DNA of 33,126 nucleotides from an uncultured Oscillospiraceae bacterium (GTDB lineage Bacteria; Bacillota; Clostridia; Oscillospirales; Ruminococcaceae): NCBI GenBank assembly GCA_964628475.1, contig CAZVOQ010000001.1, positions 3,762 to 36,887 of the forward strand, read 5' to 3'. Shown piece by piece: positions 19,629 to 28,382 of this stretch (position 1 is its first letter; each line of letters starts with the position of its first letter). The notes under the pieces were generated by a model. It saw only the letters and a program-made list of their open reading frames with translations, ran no database searches and was not told where the DNA came from. The position numbers and the translations under genes were made by a program.

Positions 19629-20987
19629 ATGAAAGATAATGAATACTACAATCCTATTGATGCGAAAAAATCGGTGAGTGATGAAAAACAAACTCTTGAA
19701 GATCAAGCGACAACAATTTTAAAAAAGAAATTTGATTTTAGATTAAAAAATAAAAACAAGAAAAAGAAAAACTCTCTTAATCAAAGCACTGCTTTAGTTA
19801 TGAGTTCTGTTGCAGTTGTTATGGTTACAACGGCGGCTTTTCCTACTACGCCTGAGCCATCGCAAGGCTCTTTAATTTATCAAGGAGAATGGGAAAGCGA
19901 CACTGGTATATATCTTTATATTGATAGTGATGGTGATATGACATTTTCTTCTGATAACGTGCCTTACGATTTCACCATTACTTCTAACACCATAACGAGT
20001 ATATCAGATGTAGAGCTACATGGAAAAACTAATTTTGATGAAGAGTATGGCGAAATAATGGCAAACTATGTTATCGAATATGGCGATTCTCAAATTAATT
20101 CTCAAGAAGGGGATATCGATATAACTGTTACCGTAGTTGACGAGGAAACAAGACTTTTAGTTGATTTCAAAGTTATTTCCAAAGAGCCGATTTATTTTAC
20201 TAAAAGAGTTTCTGATTCTAATAATTTTACGCCTGAATTTCAAGGTGAATTATGGTTGAGCGAAACGTCTAATAAACAGATAATATTTGATTTTATATTA
20301 TCAAAAATTCTATATTTTGATGGTGTAGATGATGGAATGCTACTCTCACAAAATGTTATATTTAATACAAATGAAGTAACTGCACATATAGAAGTGTATG
20401 AATACCGTTTAGAAACTGGCAATATGTATAGAAATTCTGCGATTGATCATTATTTTACAGGTACTTATATGGATAATAATAGCGAAATGCAAGTTGAGAT
20501 TATTTTTCATGGAGAATTAATTGTTGATAATGAAATTTTCTATAAATCAGATATTTTATATGATGATGATTATTGGAGTGAAGTTTACAACATTATCTTT
20601 CCAGAAGAAAATGCAGAATATACCCCGCCTACACCAACGCAAACCCCAGAGCCAGAAACCCAATTTGAAAGCACTGTAAAAACCTTTGTTTGGTATTCTG
20701 ACGAGAGTGAATTTAATAATAGGTATGCCAACGTTACATATAGTGAAGACAATAATCAAATTATGCTCCACAGTGAATCTGGCGTTTGGAGAAACGGATA
20801 TATTTTCACAGATCCAGGCAGTAGTATTGCTGGTGAAAATGCAATAATTTTTATTGATCCTAGCGCAGGTCAGTCTGCAGACACTACATCTGTTTTTATA
20901 ACTGAAACTGATTTTGGATTTAATTTGCAAGTCATAAGCGATGATGGAGAGCCTCTTGGAAGTTTTGATTTTATTTTAGTTGAATAA
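19629..20987 (+). CDS. membrane-anchored protein of unknown function (no family recognised)
   Basis: Lys-rich N-terminus, a single TM helix (ALVMSSVAVVMVTTAAF), then acidic beta-rich modules separated by PT-rich linkers (TTPEPSQ, TPPTPTQTPEPE). It starts 5 nt after the mscS-like stop. Confidence 0.55.
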   Translation: MKDNEYYNPIDAKKSVSDEKQTLEDQATTILKKKFDFRLKNKNKKKKNSLNQSTALVMSSVAVVMVTTAAFPTTPEPSQGSLIYQGEWESDTGIYLYIDSDGDMTFSSDNVPYDFTITSNTITSISDVELHGKTNFDEEYGEIMANYVIEYGDSQINSQEGDIDITVTVVDEETRLLVDFKVISKEPIYFTKRVSDSNNFTPEFQGELWLSETSNKQIIFDFILSKILYFDGVDDGMLLSQNVIFNTNEVTAHIEVYEYRLETGNMYRNSAIDHYFTGTYMDNNSEMQVEIIFHGELIVDNEIFYKSDILYDDDYWSEVYNIIFPEENAEYTPPTPTQTPEPETQFESTVKTFVWYSDESEFNNRYANVTYSEDNNQIMLHSESGVWRNGYIFTDPGSSIAGENAIIFIDPSAGQSADTTSVFITETDFGFNLQVISDDGEPLGSFDFILVE

Positions 20988-20997
20988 TTAAAAAACA

Positions 20998-21034
20998 TAA
21001 AAAAATCAGCCTTTATTTAAAGGCTGATTTTTTA
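20998..21034. terminator. bidirectional intrinsic terminator
   Basis: Stem aaaaatcagccttt / aaaggctgattttt (21001-21014 / 21019-21032) with a 4-nt loop, between convergent genes. Confidence 0.85.
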
Positions 21035-21047
21035 ATATTATAATATT

Positions 21048-22529
21048 TTATTTTTGAATATTCTTCGCAGCTTCGTTTTCTGAATCTTCATAGAATAATC
21101 TAGTATTCGGATCAACAGTTCCTATTCCCATATAGCGAGCTTTGTAATCTTTAAATAAAGTAAACACTGTTTTACTTAAAACAACCACAACTATTATATT
21201 GATAATAGGATATAAAACTCCAAAGAAGTCTGTGAATGCCCAAATTTGCGCTGTTGAAATACCTTGAGTTGCAAAGTAGATAGCTACTAATGCTGGAACT
21301 GGGTATATTATTTTAAATATAAACATAATTTTATTTTTTAAATCAACATTATTTTGCAAAGCATGACGTAAAACGCTGTCATAGTATGTAAACCACCCTG
21401 AGTGAGTTGTTATACCAAATAATAAAACAACAATCGCAACGAATTGTGCACCTATTTCACCATAAACTGTTCCGAATGCTGAAATAGATAATGATGCACC
21501 TTGTAAGCCAGTTGTCCATTCGCCACTTGTTATGATAACTAATGACATAATTGTGCAGATGATTACAGTATCAATAAACACTTCAAACATACCCCATAAG
21601 CCTTGTTTTACTGGATGTTCAACATAAGCTTGTGAGTGAATCATAGTAGATGTGCCTTGACCAGCTTCATTACTAAATACGGAGCGAGCAAGCCCTTGAT
21701 TTATTGCAAGACGCATAGTTGCTCCTGCAAATCCGCCAACTGCAGCTGTTCCTGTGAATGCGCCTGCAAAAATTTGAGCAAATGCACTTGGAATTTCTTT
21801 AGCATTTACAACTAATATTCCTAAAGATAACACAACGAAAATTATAATCATCGCAGGCACTATTTTACCAGCAAATTCAACAACACGTTTACCGCCACCT
21901 AAAACAATACCTAATAATAAAACACTGTAAATTACGCCAAAAAGCATCATATCAATTTCAAAAACTGATGTAAAACCTTCAGCAACTGTGTATCCTTGAA
22001 TACCAGTTAGGAATGTGCAAAAGAAGAATATACCGTATAATACTGAAAGAGTGCCTGCAACTTTAGCAAGTCCTTTTGGCAGTATACTTGATAACCCTTT
22101 TTGAATGTAGTAGGTAGGGCCACCGTAAGGTTGTCCTTTTTCATCTCTTTTTCTGTAATAAACAGCTAAAGTGATTTCAGCGCATTTTAAACCCATTCCT
22201 AAAAGTGCTGCAAGCCATAGCCAGAATAATGCACCAGGGCCACCAACTGCTATAGCAGTAGCAACACCACCGATATTACCAACGCCAACAGCACCACCAA
22301 TAGCAGTAGCCACAGCTGTAAAAGCACTTACATGCCCATCGCCAACATTTCTGTTTTCTTTTTTAAATACAGAAAACAAAGTATTTTTCATAAAATGCCC
22401 AATATGTCTAAATTGGAAAAAACCTGTTCCCACAGTGAAAATAGCACCTGAACCTAACACTAAAATAAGCATTGGAGTTCCCCATAAAAACCAGCTCGTT
22501 TGGGTAAAAAAGTCAAAAAGTTCTGTCAT
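21048..22529 (-). CDS. alanine/glycine:cation symporter (AGCS) family amino-acid carrier
   Basis: Polytopic protein with the AGCS-typical GGPGALFWLWLAALLGM and SNEAGQG motifs. AGGAGAG RBS. Confidence 0.88.
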   Translation of the reverse strand: MTELFDFFTQTSWFLWGTPMLILVLGSGAIFTVGTGFFQFRHIGHFMKNTLFSVFKKENRNVGDGHVSAFTAVATAIGGAVGVGNIGGVATAIAVGGPGALFWLWLAALLGMGLKCAEITLAVYYRKRDEKGQPYGGPTYYIQKGLSSILPKGLAKVAGTLSVLYGIFFFCTFLTGIQGYTVAEGFTSVFEIDMMLFGVIYSVLLLGIVLGGGKRVVEFAGKIVPAMIIIFVVLSLGILVVNAKEIPSAFAQIFAGAFTGTAAVGGFAGATMRLAINQGLARSVFSNEAGQGTSTMIHSQAYVEHPVKQGLWGMFEVFIDTVIICTIMSLVIITSGEWTTGLQGASLSISAFGTVYGEIGAQFVAIVVLLFGITTHSGWFTYYDSVLRHALQNNVDLKNKIMFIFKIIYPVPALVAIYFATQGISTAQIWAFTDFFGVLYPIINIIVVVVLSKTVFTLFKDYKARYMGIGTVDPNTRLFYEDSENEAAKNIQK

Positions 22530-22582
22530 AATTTTGTCTCTCCTATTAAAATTATTAATTATCTATCGATTTATAAACCTTC

Positions 22583-23740
22583 TTATAATTTTGCAAAAGC
22601 ACCTTCAAAAGCATTTATTAAATCTTGAACGTCTTCACAGCCTGTTGACATACGAATATAAAAATCATTATAGTATTTTGGTGAAATTAATGTTTCAACG
22701 TCTCCAAGACTTGTTGCTATTGGCATCAGCCCAACATTATCAACAAATTTTTCCATCATTTCTTTTCCGCCTTTTAAACGGAACATAACAATACAGCCTG
22801 AGCCTTTAACTAAAGTTTTCTTAACAAAATCATACTGTGGATGAGTTTCTAATTCTGGATAAATTACAGACTCTATTTCCTCTTTACCTTGGAAATATTT
22901 TGCTAAAGCAAGCGCATTTTGGCATTGCTTATCTTGTCTTAGTGGTAGTGTTCTTGCACCACGAAGAGCAAGCCATGAGCTAAATGGACTTGGATGTGTT
23001 CCTAAATTATCGCCCATTATACGAATTTTTGTTATTAATTCTTTTGAAGCAGAAACTAAACCGCATAATGCATCTCCATGCCCAACCACATATTTTGTTC
23101 CTGAATGAACAACAACGTCAGCGCCAAGTTCAAGTGGACGAAGCAAGTATGGTGAAAGGAATGTATTATCAGCAACAACTAAAATTCCTTTTTCATGGGC
23201 AATTTCTGATATTGCTTTAATATCTGCTAGTTGTAGCATTGGGTTTGATAATACTTCAAAATAAATAACTTTTGTATTTTCTTTAATAGTTTTTTTAATT
23301 AAATCTAAATCTAAAATATCAACTTTATCTACTTCAACTCCTTTTTGCGGTAAAACATCATTCATCATATTATTTGTGCAAAAAAATAAATCATTTGATG
23401 AAATGCAGTGATCTCCTGAGTTTAATAAAGCAAATAAAGTTGAACTTATAGCGCCCATTCCAGAAGCTGCAACATAGCATTTTTCAGCACCTTCAAGTGA
23501 TGCTATTTTTTCTTCTAATGCTGCCGTAGTTGGGTTTGTACTTCTGCTGTATAAGTAGTCGCCTTCAGCAAAATCATAACATGCACTAATTAGCCCTCTT
23601 TGCAGAAATTCTTGTGATGTTGGGAACGCATAAGTAGTTGTTTCGTAAATTGGCGTATTTAAAGCCCCTGTCACAGGATCTGGTCCTTGTCCTGCTTTAA
23701 TTGCACGAGTATTAAAATCCATGCCTTCAAATCTTTCCAT
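22583..23740 (-). CDS. Cys/Met-metabolism PLP-dependent enzyme (methionine gamma-lyase / cystathionine gamma-synthase family)
   Basis: Family-wide conservation (YSRSTNPT, SGMGAI, PLP-lysine context HSGTKYVVGHGD). I chose the ATG at 23740 (GGAGGA 7 nt upstream) because the ORF-track ATG at 23755 overlaps that RBS. Confidence 0.8.
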   Translation of the reverse strand: MERFEGMDFNTRAIKAGQGPDPVTGALNTPIYETTTYAFPTSQEFLQRGLISACYDFAEGDYLYSRSTNPTTAALEEKIASLEGAEKCYVAASGMGAISSTLFALLNSGDHCISSNDLFFCTNNMMNDVLPQKGVEVDKVDILDLDLIKKTIKENTKVIYFEVLSNPMLQLADIKAISEIAHEKGILVVADNTFLSPYLLRPLELGADVVVHSGTKYVVGHGDALCGLVSASKELITKIRIMGDNLGTHPSPFSSWLALRGARTLPLRQDKQCQNALALAKYFQGKEEIESVIYPELETHPQYDFVKKTLVKGSGCIVMFRLKGGKEMMEKFVDNVGLMPIATSLGDVETLISPKYYNDFYIRMSTGCEDVQDLINAFEGAFAKL

Positions 23741-23803
23741 AATTAAATCCTCCAAAAAATATTGTGAATATTATATAAATAAATTATTAATTATATATTA
23801 CTT

Positions 23804-23832
23804 ATAATGCCTTATTTCATAGTATTTGTCAA
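23804..23832 (-). promoter_or_regulatory. possible promoter for the PLP-enzyme / AGCS operon
   Basis: Minus strand: TTGACA (23832-23827), 17-nt spacer, CATTAT (23809-23804). Confidence 0.35.
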
Positions 23833-24043
23833 CATAAAATCACACTTTTCTACATTTAAATTAAATACACATTTTAAATTTAGTTAAAATTACAATGCAA
23901 TTTTTAAAATCTTATTTAATTAAAAAAATAATTTTAAAACCACACTTTTTTCTGCTAATTTATCTTGTTAAATAACGTTATTTTATTATTAAATTTTTAT
24001 ATTTAAAAATAGTTATTTTATGGTAGAATATTTATATTACATA

Positions 24044-24087
24044 ATAAAAAATGATAGTAACCACAAAAGTGTTTACTATCATTTTTA
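24044..24087 (-). terminator. intrinsic terminator after the GH2 gene
   Basis: Stem atgatagtaa / ttactatcat (24051-24060 / 24073-24082). The plus-strand A-run at 24045-24050 gives a T-run on the minus strand. Confidence 0.75.
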
Positions 24088-24091
24088 ATTT

Positions 24092-25780
24092 TTATAATTT
24101 ATCAAATATATCTTTTATCTCATCAATATTAATTTTGCTTTTTTTCCTATCAAAGCTTAAAATTCCATTAATCTCTTGCTCAACATCAGATAGCTGTGTG
24201 TAAATACAAGCTGATAAGCCTTCATTTTTTGCAGGTAGTATTTCATTAGCATATAAATTTCTTATAGCTAAAACGAAATCTTCTCTTGTTTGCAAATTTT
24301 TATAGCTAAACGCTCTTTTTTTATGCTGCGCCTCGCTCTCTTTGTATGCGTATCCACCAAACTCGCTTAAAATAACAGCCCTATTTAATTTATCTTTTTT
24401 ATGCTTATATTTTCTAAAATATATATGCAAACTTTTAAAATCACCCAGCCCTTGGTCGTGCCATCCACTTGCATGGTCTATAAGCCTTGTTGGATCTTGT
24501 TTTTTTATCATATCATATGCTATTTTTGAATCAAATTGTCCCCAGCCTTCATTAAAAGGCACCCACATCACAATCGACGGGCAATTTTTAAGCATATCAA
24601 TCATTTCCATCATTTCAATATAAAATTCTTTGCGAGCATTTTCATCTTGTCTTGCAAAGGCTTTATAGTTATTATCTTTTATATTAATTGGCAGAAATGC
24701 TGGCGCTGTTATCACTGATAATTTATAATCTCCACCACCATTTATCATATCCTGCCACACCATCATGCCAAGCCTATCGCAATGATAATACCAGCGCATA
24801 GGTTCTATTTTTATATGCTTTCTAAGTGTGTTAAACCCTAGCTCTTTCATTTTCACTATATCATACACTAGCGCTTCATCGCTTGGCGCTGTGTATAATC
24901 CATCCTGCCAATATCCTTGGTCTAAAACGCCATTGCAAAAACATTCTTTACCATTTAAATATAATCGTTTAATCCCTTTTTCATCTTGCTTTATATCTAA
25001 AATTCGCATTGCAAAATATGTTTTAATAAAATCATTTTCAGCTTTCACATTAACATTATATAAATGCGGATTATCTATATCCCAGGCTATAAAATTTGGC
25101 ATATCGATTTCTATTTTTTTATTGCAAACCGATTTAAACTCACGCTCATCTATTTTAATTTTGCATTCTACATCCTTATTACTGTTTACAGTAATGTATG
25201 CCTTTGAATTTTCAAAATCAGGCGTTATATCAACGCTTTTTATAAAAACTTCGGGAACACTTTCTAGCCAAACTGTTTGCCATATTCCACTTTGAGGAGT
25301 ATACCAAATGCCACCACTTTTAACTTTTTGCTTCCCTCGTGATTGAGGGGCAGTATCCTGAGGATCAAAAACTTTAACAATTATAGTGTTGCTTTCTTTT
25401 TTTAAGCACTTTGTAATATCAAAATAAAAGCTTGTGTATCCGCCCTTATGTTCCCCTACTAATTCACCGTTTACGCTAACAATCGTGTGCCAGTCAACAG
25501 CACCAAAATGAAGAAAAACCTTCCCCTTATTAAAATCTTCAGGCAGTGTAAATTCTTTTTTATACCATAAATATTCGTTTGGTTTTGGCTGAGTTACATC
25601 GCCTGAAAGCTCGCACTCTGGCGAAAACGGAACAATTATTTTTTCTATGTATTCTTCTGGCTGATTACCACTCGTTACGCTGTAATCCCATAGCCCGTTT
25701 AAATTTATATAGCTATCGCGCCAAAATTGTGGTCTTGGATATTCGCTTAAAATATTATTTACATCTATTTTATCTACCAT
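24092..25780 (-). CDS. glycoside hydrolase family 2 protein (specificity not assignable)
   Basis: GH2 sugar-binding, Ig-like and TIM-barrel order. Acid/base region VMWVPFNEGWGQ and nucleophile region VILSEFGGYAY. Confidence 0.8.
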   Translation of the reverse strand: MVDKIDVNNILSEYPRPQFWRDSYINLNGLWDYSVTSGNQPEEYIEKIIVPFSPECELSGDVTQPKPNEYLWYKKEFTLPEDFNKGKVFLHFGAVDWHTIVSVNGELVGEHKGGYTSFYFDITKCLKKESNTIIVKVFDPQDTAPQSRGKQKVKSGGIWYTPQSGIWQTVWLESVPEVFIKSVDITPDFENSKAYITVNSNKDVECKIKIDEREFKSVCNKKIEIDMPNFIAWDIDNPHLYNVNVKAENDFIKTYFAMRILDIKQDEKGIKRLYLNGKECFCNGVLDQGYWQDGLYTAPSDEALVYDIVKMKELGFNTLRKHIKIEPMRWYYHCDRLGMMVWQDMINGGGDYKLSVITAPAFLPINIKDNNYKAFARQDENARKEFYIEMMEMIDMLKNCPSIVMWVPFNEGWGQFDSKIAYDMIKKQDPTRLIDHASGWHDQGLGDFKSLHIYFRKYKHKKDKLNRAVILSEFGGYAYKESEAQHKKRAFSYKNLQTREDFVLAIRNLYANEILPAKNEGLSACIYTQLSDVEQEINGILSFDRKKSKINIDEIKDIFDKL

Positions 25781-25786
25781 ATTAAT

Positions 25787-27067
25787 CTACACCTTTCTAT
25801 TTTCATTAGTTTTACTCATAATATAAAGTGGCACAAGTGCAATTAATGTGCAAACACCTGCCATAACAAAAATTAAATTTGTAGGTAAAAAACCACTATT
25901 TCCATCTATAACGATTGGCATGCCAAACATTGAAATTATTAATTGCCCTATATAAGGACCTATAATCATCGGAAGCAGCACTCTAAAAACCATCCTTATT
26001 CCTTGAAAGCTACCCACTTCGTTTTCTGGCGTTAAATCTCTTAGCCATGCACCGCTAACTATTATTTTTGCAACTATTCCAAACGCCATTACAAAAATTC
26101 CTATACATAAAAACAGCATTGTTTTAGCATTTGCAACTAAGAAAAATCCAGCCGATGATATCAGTAAAGAAAAAATCATTGATTTTGTTTTATCAACTTT
26201 ATCAACTACTAATCCAAATATCACCCCAGCTACACCTGATAATAGCGTCATCACTCCAAGATAAAGCCCAATTTCACTATAATTAAACTTAAGTGTTTGA
26301 GTGAAATATATTATTTGATAAGGAGTTGCTATTTGTTCTGCTGCTGTGAATATTAGTATACAAATTAAAAGCCATTTAAGTTTTTTATCTTTTTTTAAAG
26401 CCTTAAAAGAAAAAGCATTTATTAATTGCTCTTTATAATTAAGATTTCTTTTTTGTTTTAGTGTGCCTACATCTTTCATAAAAGATGCGCCTATAATACC
26501 ACTGATGCTAACTATTACTCCAAGGCTAATAAAAAACACCGTATATCCGAATGTATCAATTATAATTCCTGAGGCAACCGTAGTAACAACTAATGCAATA
26601 AGCGGGAAAATTTCTAAAATACCGCTAACTGTCCCCCTATTTGTTTCATCTGTTATATCCGTTATCCATGCATTAAAGCAGGCATCATTTGCTGTTGAGC
26701 CAAAAAAGGTCATCACGCAGTCTAAAATTATTAAAAGCACAACTGATACTAGAGTTGAGTCTGCAAGTGATGATAATGGGAAAACAGCCGTTGATACTCC
26801 CCATAAAATATAACCACCTAAAATAATCGCCTTACGCTTTCCAAGTCTGTCGCTAAATGTGCCCATTAAAAACGTAGCGAGCGTTGCTGTTATGGCACTA
26901 GCAGCTACCATCGCACTAATTATACTAGGATCTGGCGAAATTTTATCATTTACAAACGTGTTAAACCATGTATTTTCAACTGCCCATGCTATCTGCCCAG
27001 AAAAGGCAAGGAGCACCATTGCCACCCAGTTACTGCCTTTTATCTTTGTTTTACTCTTATTCATCAA
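25787..27067 (-). CDS. MFS transporter (probable glycoside/oligosaccharide importer co-transcribed with GH2)
   Basis: About 12 hydrophobic segments and the MFS loop signature GTFSDRLGKRK. TAG stop 6 nt before the GH2 ATG. The start is either TTG 27067 or ATG 27064, downstream of a GAAGGAG RBS. Confidence 0.8.
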   Translation of the reverse strand: MMNKSKTKIKGSNWVAMVLLAFSGQIAWAVENTWFNTFVNDKISPDPSIISAMVAASAITATLATFLMGTFSDRLGKRKAIILGGYILWGVSTAVFPLSSLADSTLVSVVLLIILDCVMTFFGSTANDACFNAWITDITDETNRGTVSGILEIFPLIALVVTTVASGIIIDTFGYTVFFISLGVIVSISGIIGASFMKDVGTLKQKRNLNYKEQLINAFSFKALKKDKKLKWLLICILIFTAAEQIATPYQIIYFTQTLKFNYSEIGLYLGVMTLLSGVAGVIFGLVVDKVDKTKSMIFSLLISSAGFFLVANAKTMLFLCIGIFVMAFGIVAKIIVSGAWLRDLTPENEVGSFQGIRMVFRVLLPMIIGPYIGQLIISMFGMPIVIDGNSGFLPTNLIFVMAGVCTLIALVPLYIMSKTNENRKV

Positions 27068-27151
27068 TTAACCCACTCCTTCAATTAAAATTACAAAACC
27101 TGCATTTTTAATTATCGCTTTATTAACCGCTTATAATATCTATATATTTAT

Positions 27152-27179
27152 ATTATATCTTATTTTATTTTTTTTGCAA
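27152..27179 (-). promoter_or_regulatory. sigma-A-like promoter for the MFS / GH2 operon
   Basis: Minus strand: TTGCAA (27179-27174), 16-nt spacer, TATAAT (27157-27152). Confidence 0.5.
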
Positions 27180-27208
27180 TAAATATGAGTTTTAATAACT
27201 ATTATACT

Positions 27209-27240
27209 AAAAAACGTTAGCCTTAAAACAAGACTAACGC
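27209..27240 (-). terminator. intrinsic terminator closing the FkbH/ACP cassette
   Basis: Minus strand: stem cgttag / ctaacg (27239-27234 / 27220-27215) followed by TTTTTT (plus-strand A-run 27209-27214). Confidence 0.55.
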
Positions 27241-27300
27241 TTAAATGCGATTAATTAAATTGACGAATACATATTTTAAAATTTAATAAATTTTAAATAA

Positions 27301-28149
27301 TTATCTCTCTAAAAGTTCTATCATACTCATATTCGGAAGCATCAAAAAGCAAATACGTTTTTTAAAATAAACCGACTTTTTCAGGGGTGAAATCATCTTC
27401 GCTCTATTTAATAAAAATAAGTCGATAACCTTTTCAATATCATCAACATAATAAGCTGTGTGATACAGTTTTTGATTATTTTCGATTTGCTTATCTAATG
27501 TGTTACTACCCTGTAAATTTTCGAGTAATTCAAGGCGTGGATGCCCTTCTTTTACAATAAATAATCCACGTATACCTTGCGCCTCGTCCTCAAAAAAATC
27601 ATCTTCCTTTTTATATCCCATTAAAGTATATATCGAAAGTTCTTTTTGAATATTTTTGGTTGCAACACCGATGTGATGAAATTCTAAATCACCAATTTCA
27701 TTTGCGAGCTCTTTTTCAAGTGCATCGCTTGATACACCTTCTAAAAGCTGTGATAGTGTTTTTTCAAAATATGTTTTACTTATATTTAAATGCTCATTAT
27801 ATTGCAGTTCAGTTTTAATTCCAGATAAAAAATCAAGATTTTCAGCTAAAGTATCTATTCTAATTTCAAGCATGTTTAATTCATTAAATGCTATATTGCA
27901 AAGCAAAAATACGGCTTCATCGCATACAATTTTCACTTTATCAAGCATTAAAGTATTCAATAAAACTTCTTTTTCATTAACACATATTAAATTAAAAACA
28001 GCAATTACGCTTTTATCAATGCGGCTTTCTAAAAGAAAATCGTATGATTTTTCTTTAGCTAAATCTAAATTTAAATTTTCTTGTAAATCAGCTGGCTTAA
28101 CAGGACGCAGTTTATAGCTATATCCCTCTAAAGACATACGATGTTTCAT
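27301..28149 (-). CDS. two-domain protein: degenerate N-terminal domain (GNAT-like?) fused to a C-terminal VOC (glyoxalase / methylmalonyl-CoA-epimerase-like) domain
   Basis: The C-terminal 130 aa or so begin FHHIGVATKNI and continue ...LELLE...YHTAYYVDDIEKVI...MIELLE, the pattern of the VOC beta-alpha-beta-beta-beta fold. The ATG overlaps the ACP stop (ATGA at 28146-28149). Confidence 0.55.
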   Translation of the reverse strand: MKHRMSLEGYSYKLRPVKPADLQENLNLDLAKEKSYDFLLESRIDKSVIAVFNLICVNEKEVLLNTLMLDKVKIVCDEAVFLLCNIAFNELNMLEIRIDTLAENLDFLSGIKTELQYNEHLNISKTYFEKTLSQLLEGVSSDALEKELANEIGDLEFHHIGVATKNIQKELSIYTLMGYKKEDDFFEDEAQGIRGLFIVKEGHPRLELLENLQGSNTLDKQIENNQKLYHTAYYVDDIEKVIDLFLLNRAKMISPLKKSVYFKKRICFLMLPNMSMIELLER

Positions 28150-28370
28150 TCGCCACTCTTTTCTAAAACATTATCACAAAGGGCTTTCGGTGTAGAAAGT
28201 TCAGCCATTTCATCACCCTCAAAAGTGATATCAAATTCTTCTTCGATTGCAAATAGAATTTCCACTCGTGTTAATGAATCCCAAATTTCTTTAGTATCAA
28301 AATTTTCCATTAATTTTTCATTGGAAATTTTTAAAATGTCAGCCATTAAAGCTATTATTTCTTGTTTCAT
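28146..28370 (-). CDS. acyl carrier protein (stand-alone)
   Basis: 74 aa, acidic, with the phosphopantetheine-site context IWDSLTRVEILFAIEEEF. AGAGGTGA RBS immediately after the FkbH-like stop. Confidence 0.8.
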   Translation of the reverse strand: MKQEIIALMADILKISNEKLMENFDTKEIWDSLTRVEILFAIEEEFDITFEGDEMAELSTPKALCDNVLEKSGE

Positions 28371-28382
28371 TTTTTCACCTCT

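Noticed and set aside
22171-22788. Long antisense or overlapping ORFs in the track (e.g. 22171..22788, 921..1148, 3424..3768, 4131..4415, 5440..5910, 11415..11837, 12129..12548, 15220..15459, 24828..25295, 26463..26813, 29389..29787, 30615..30905)
   Set aside because: All lie inside, and opposite or out of frame to, well-supported genes. They have low-complexity composition, no RBS and no recognisable motifs, so they are shadow ORFs.
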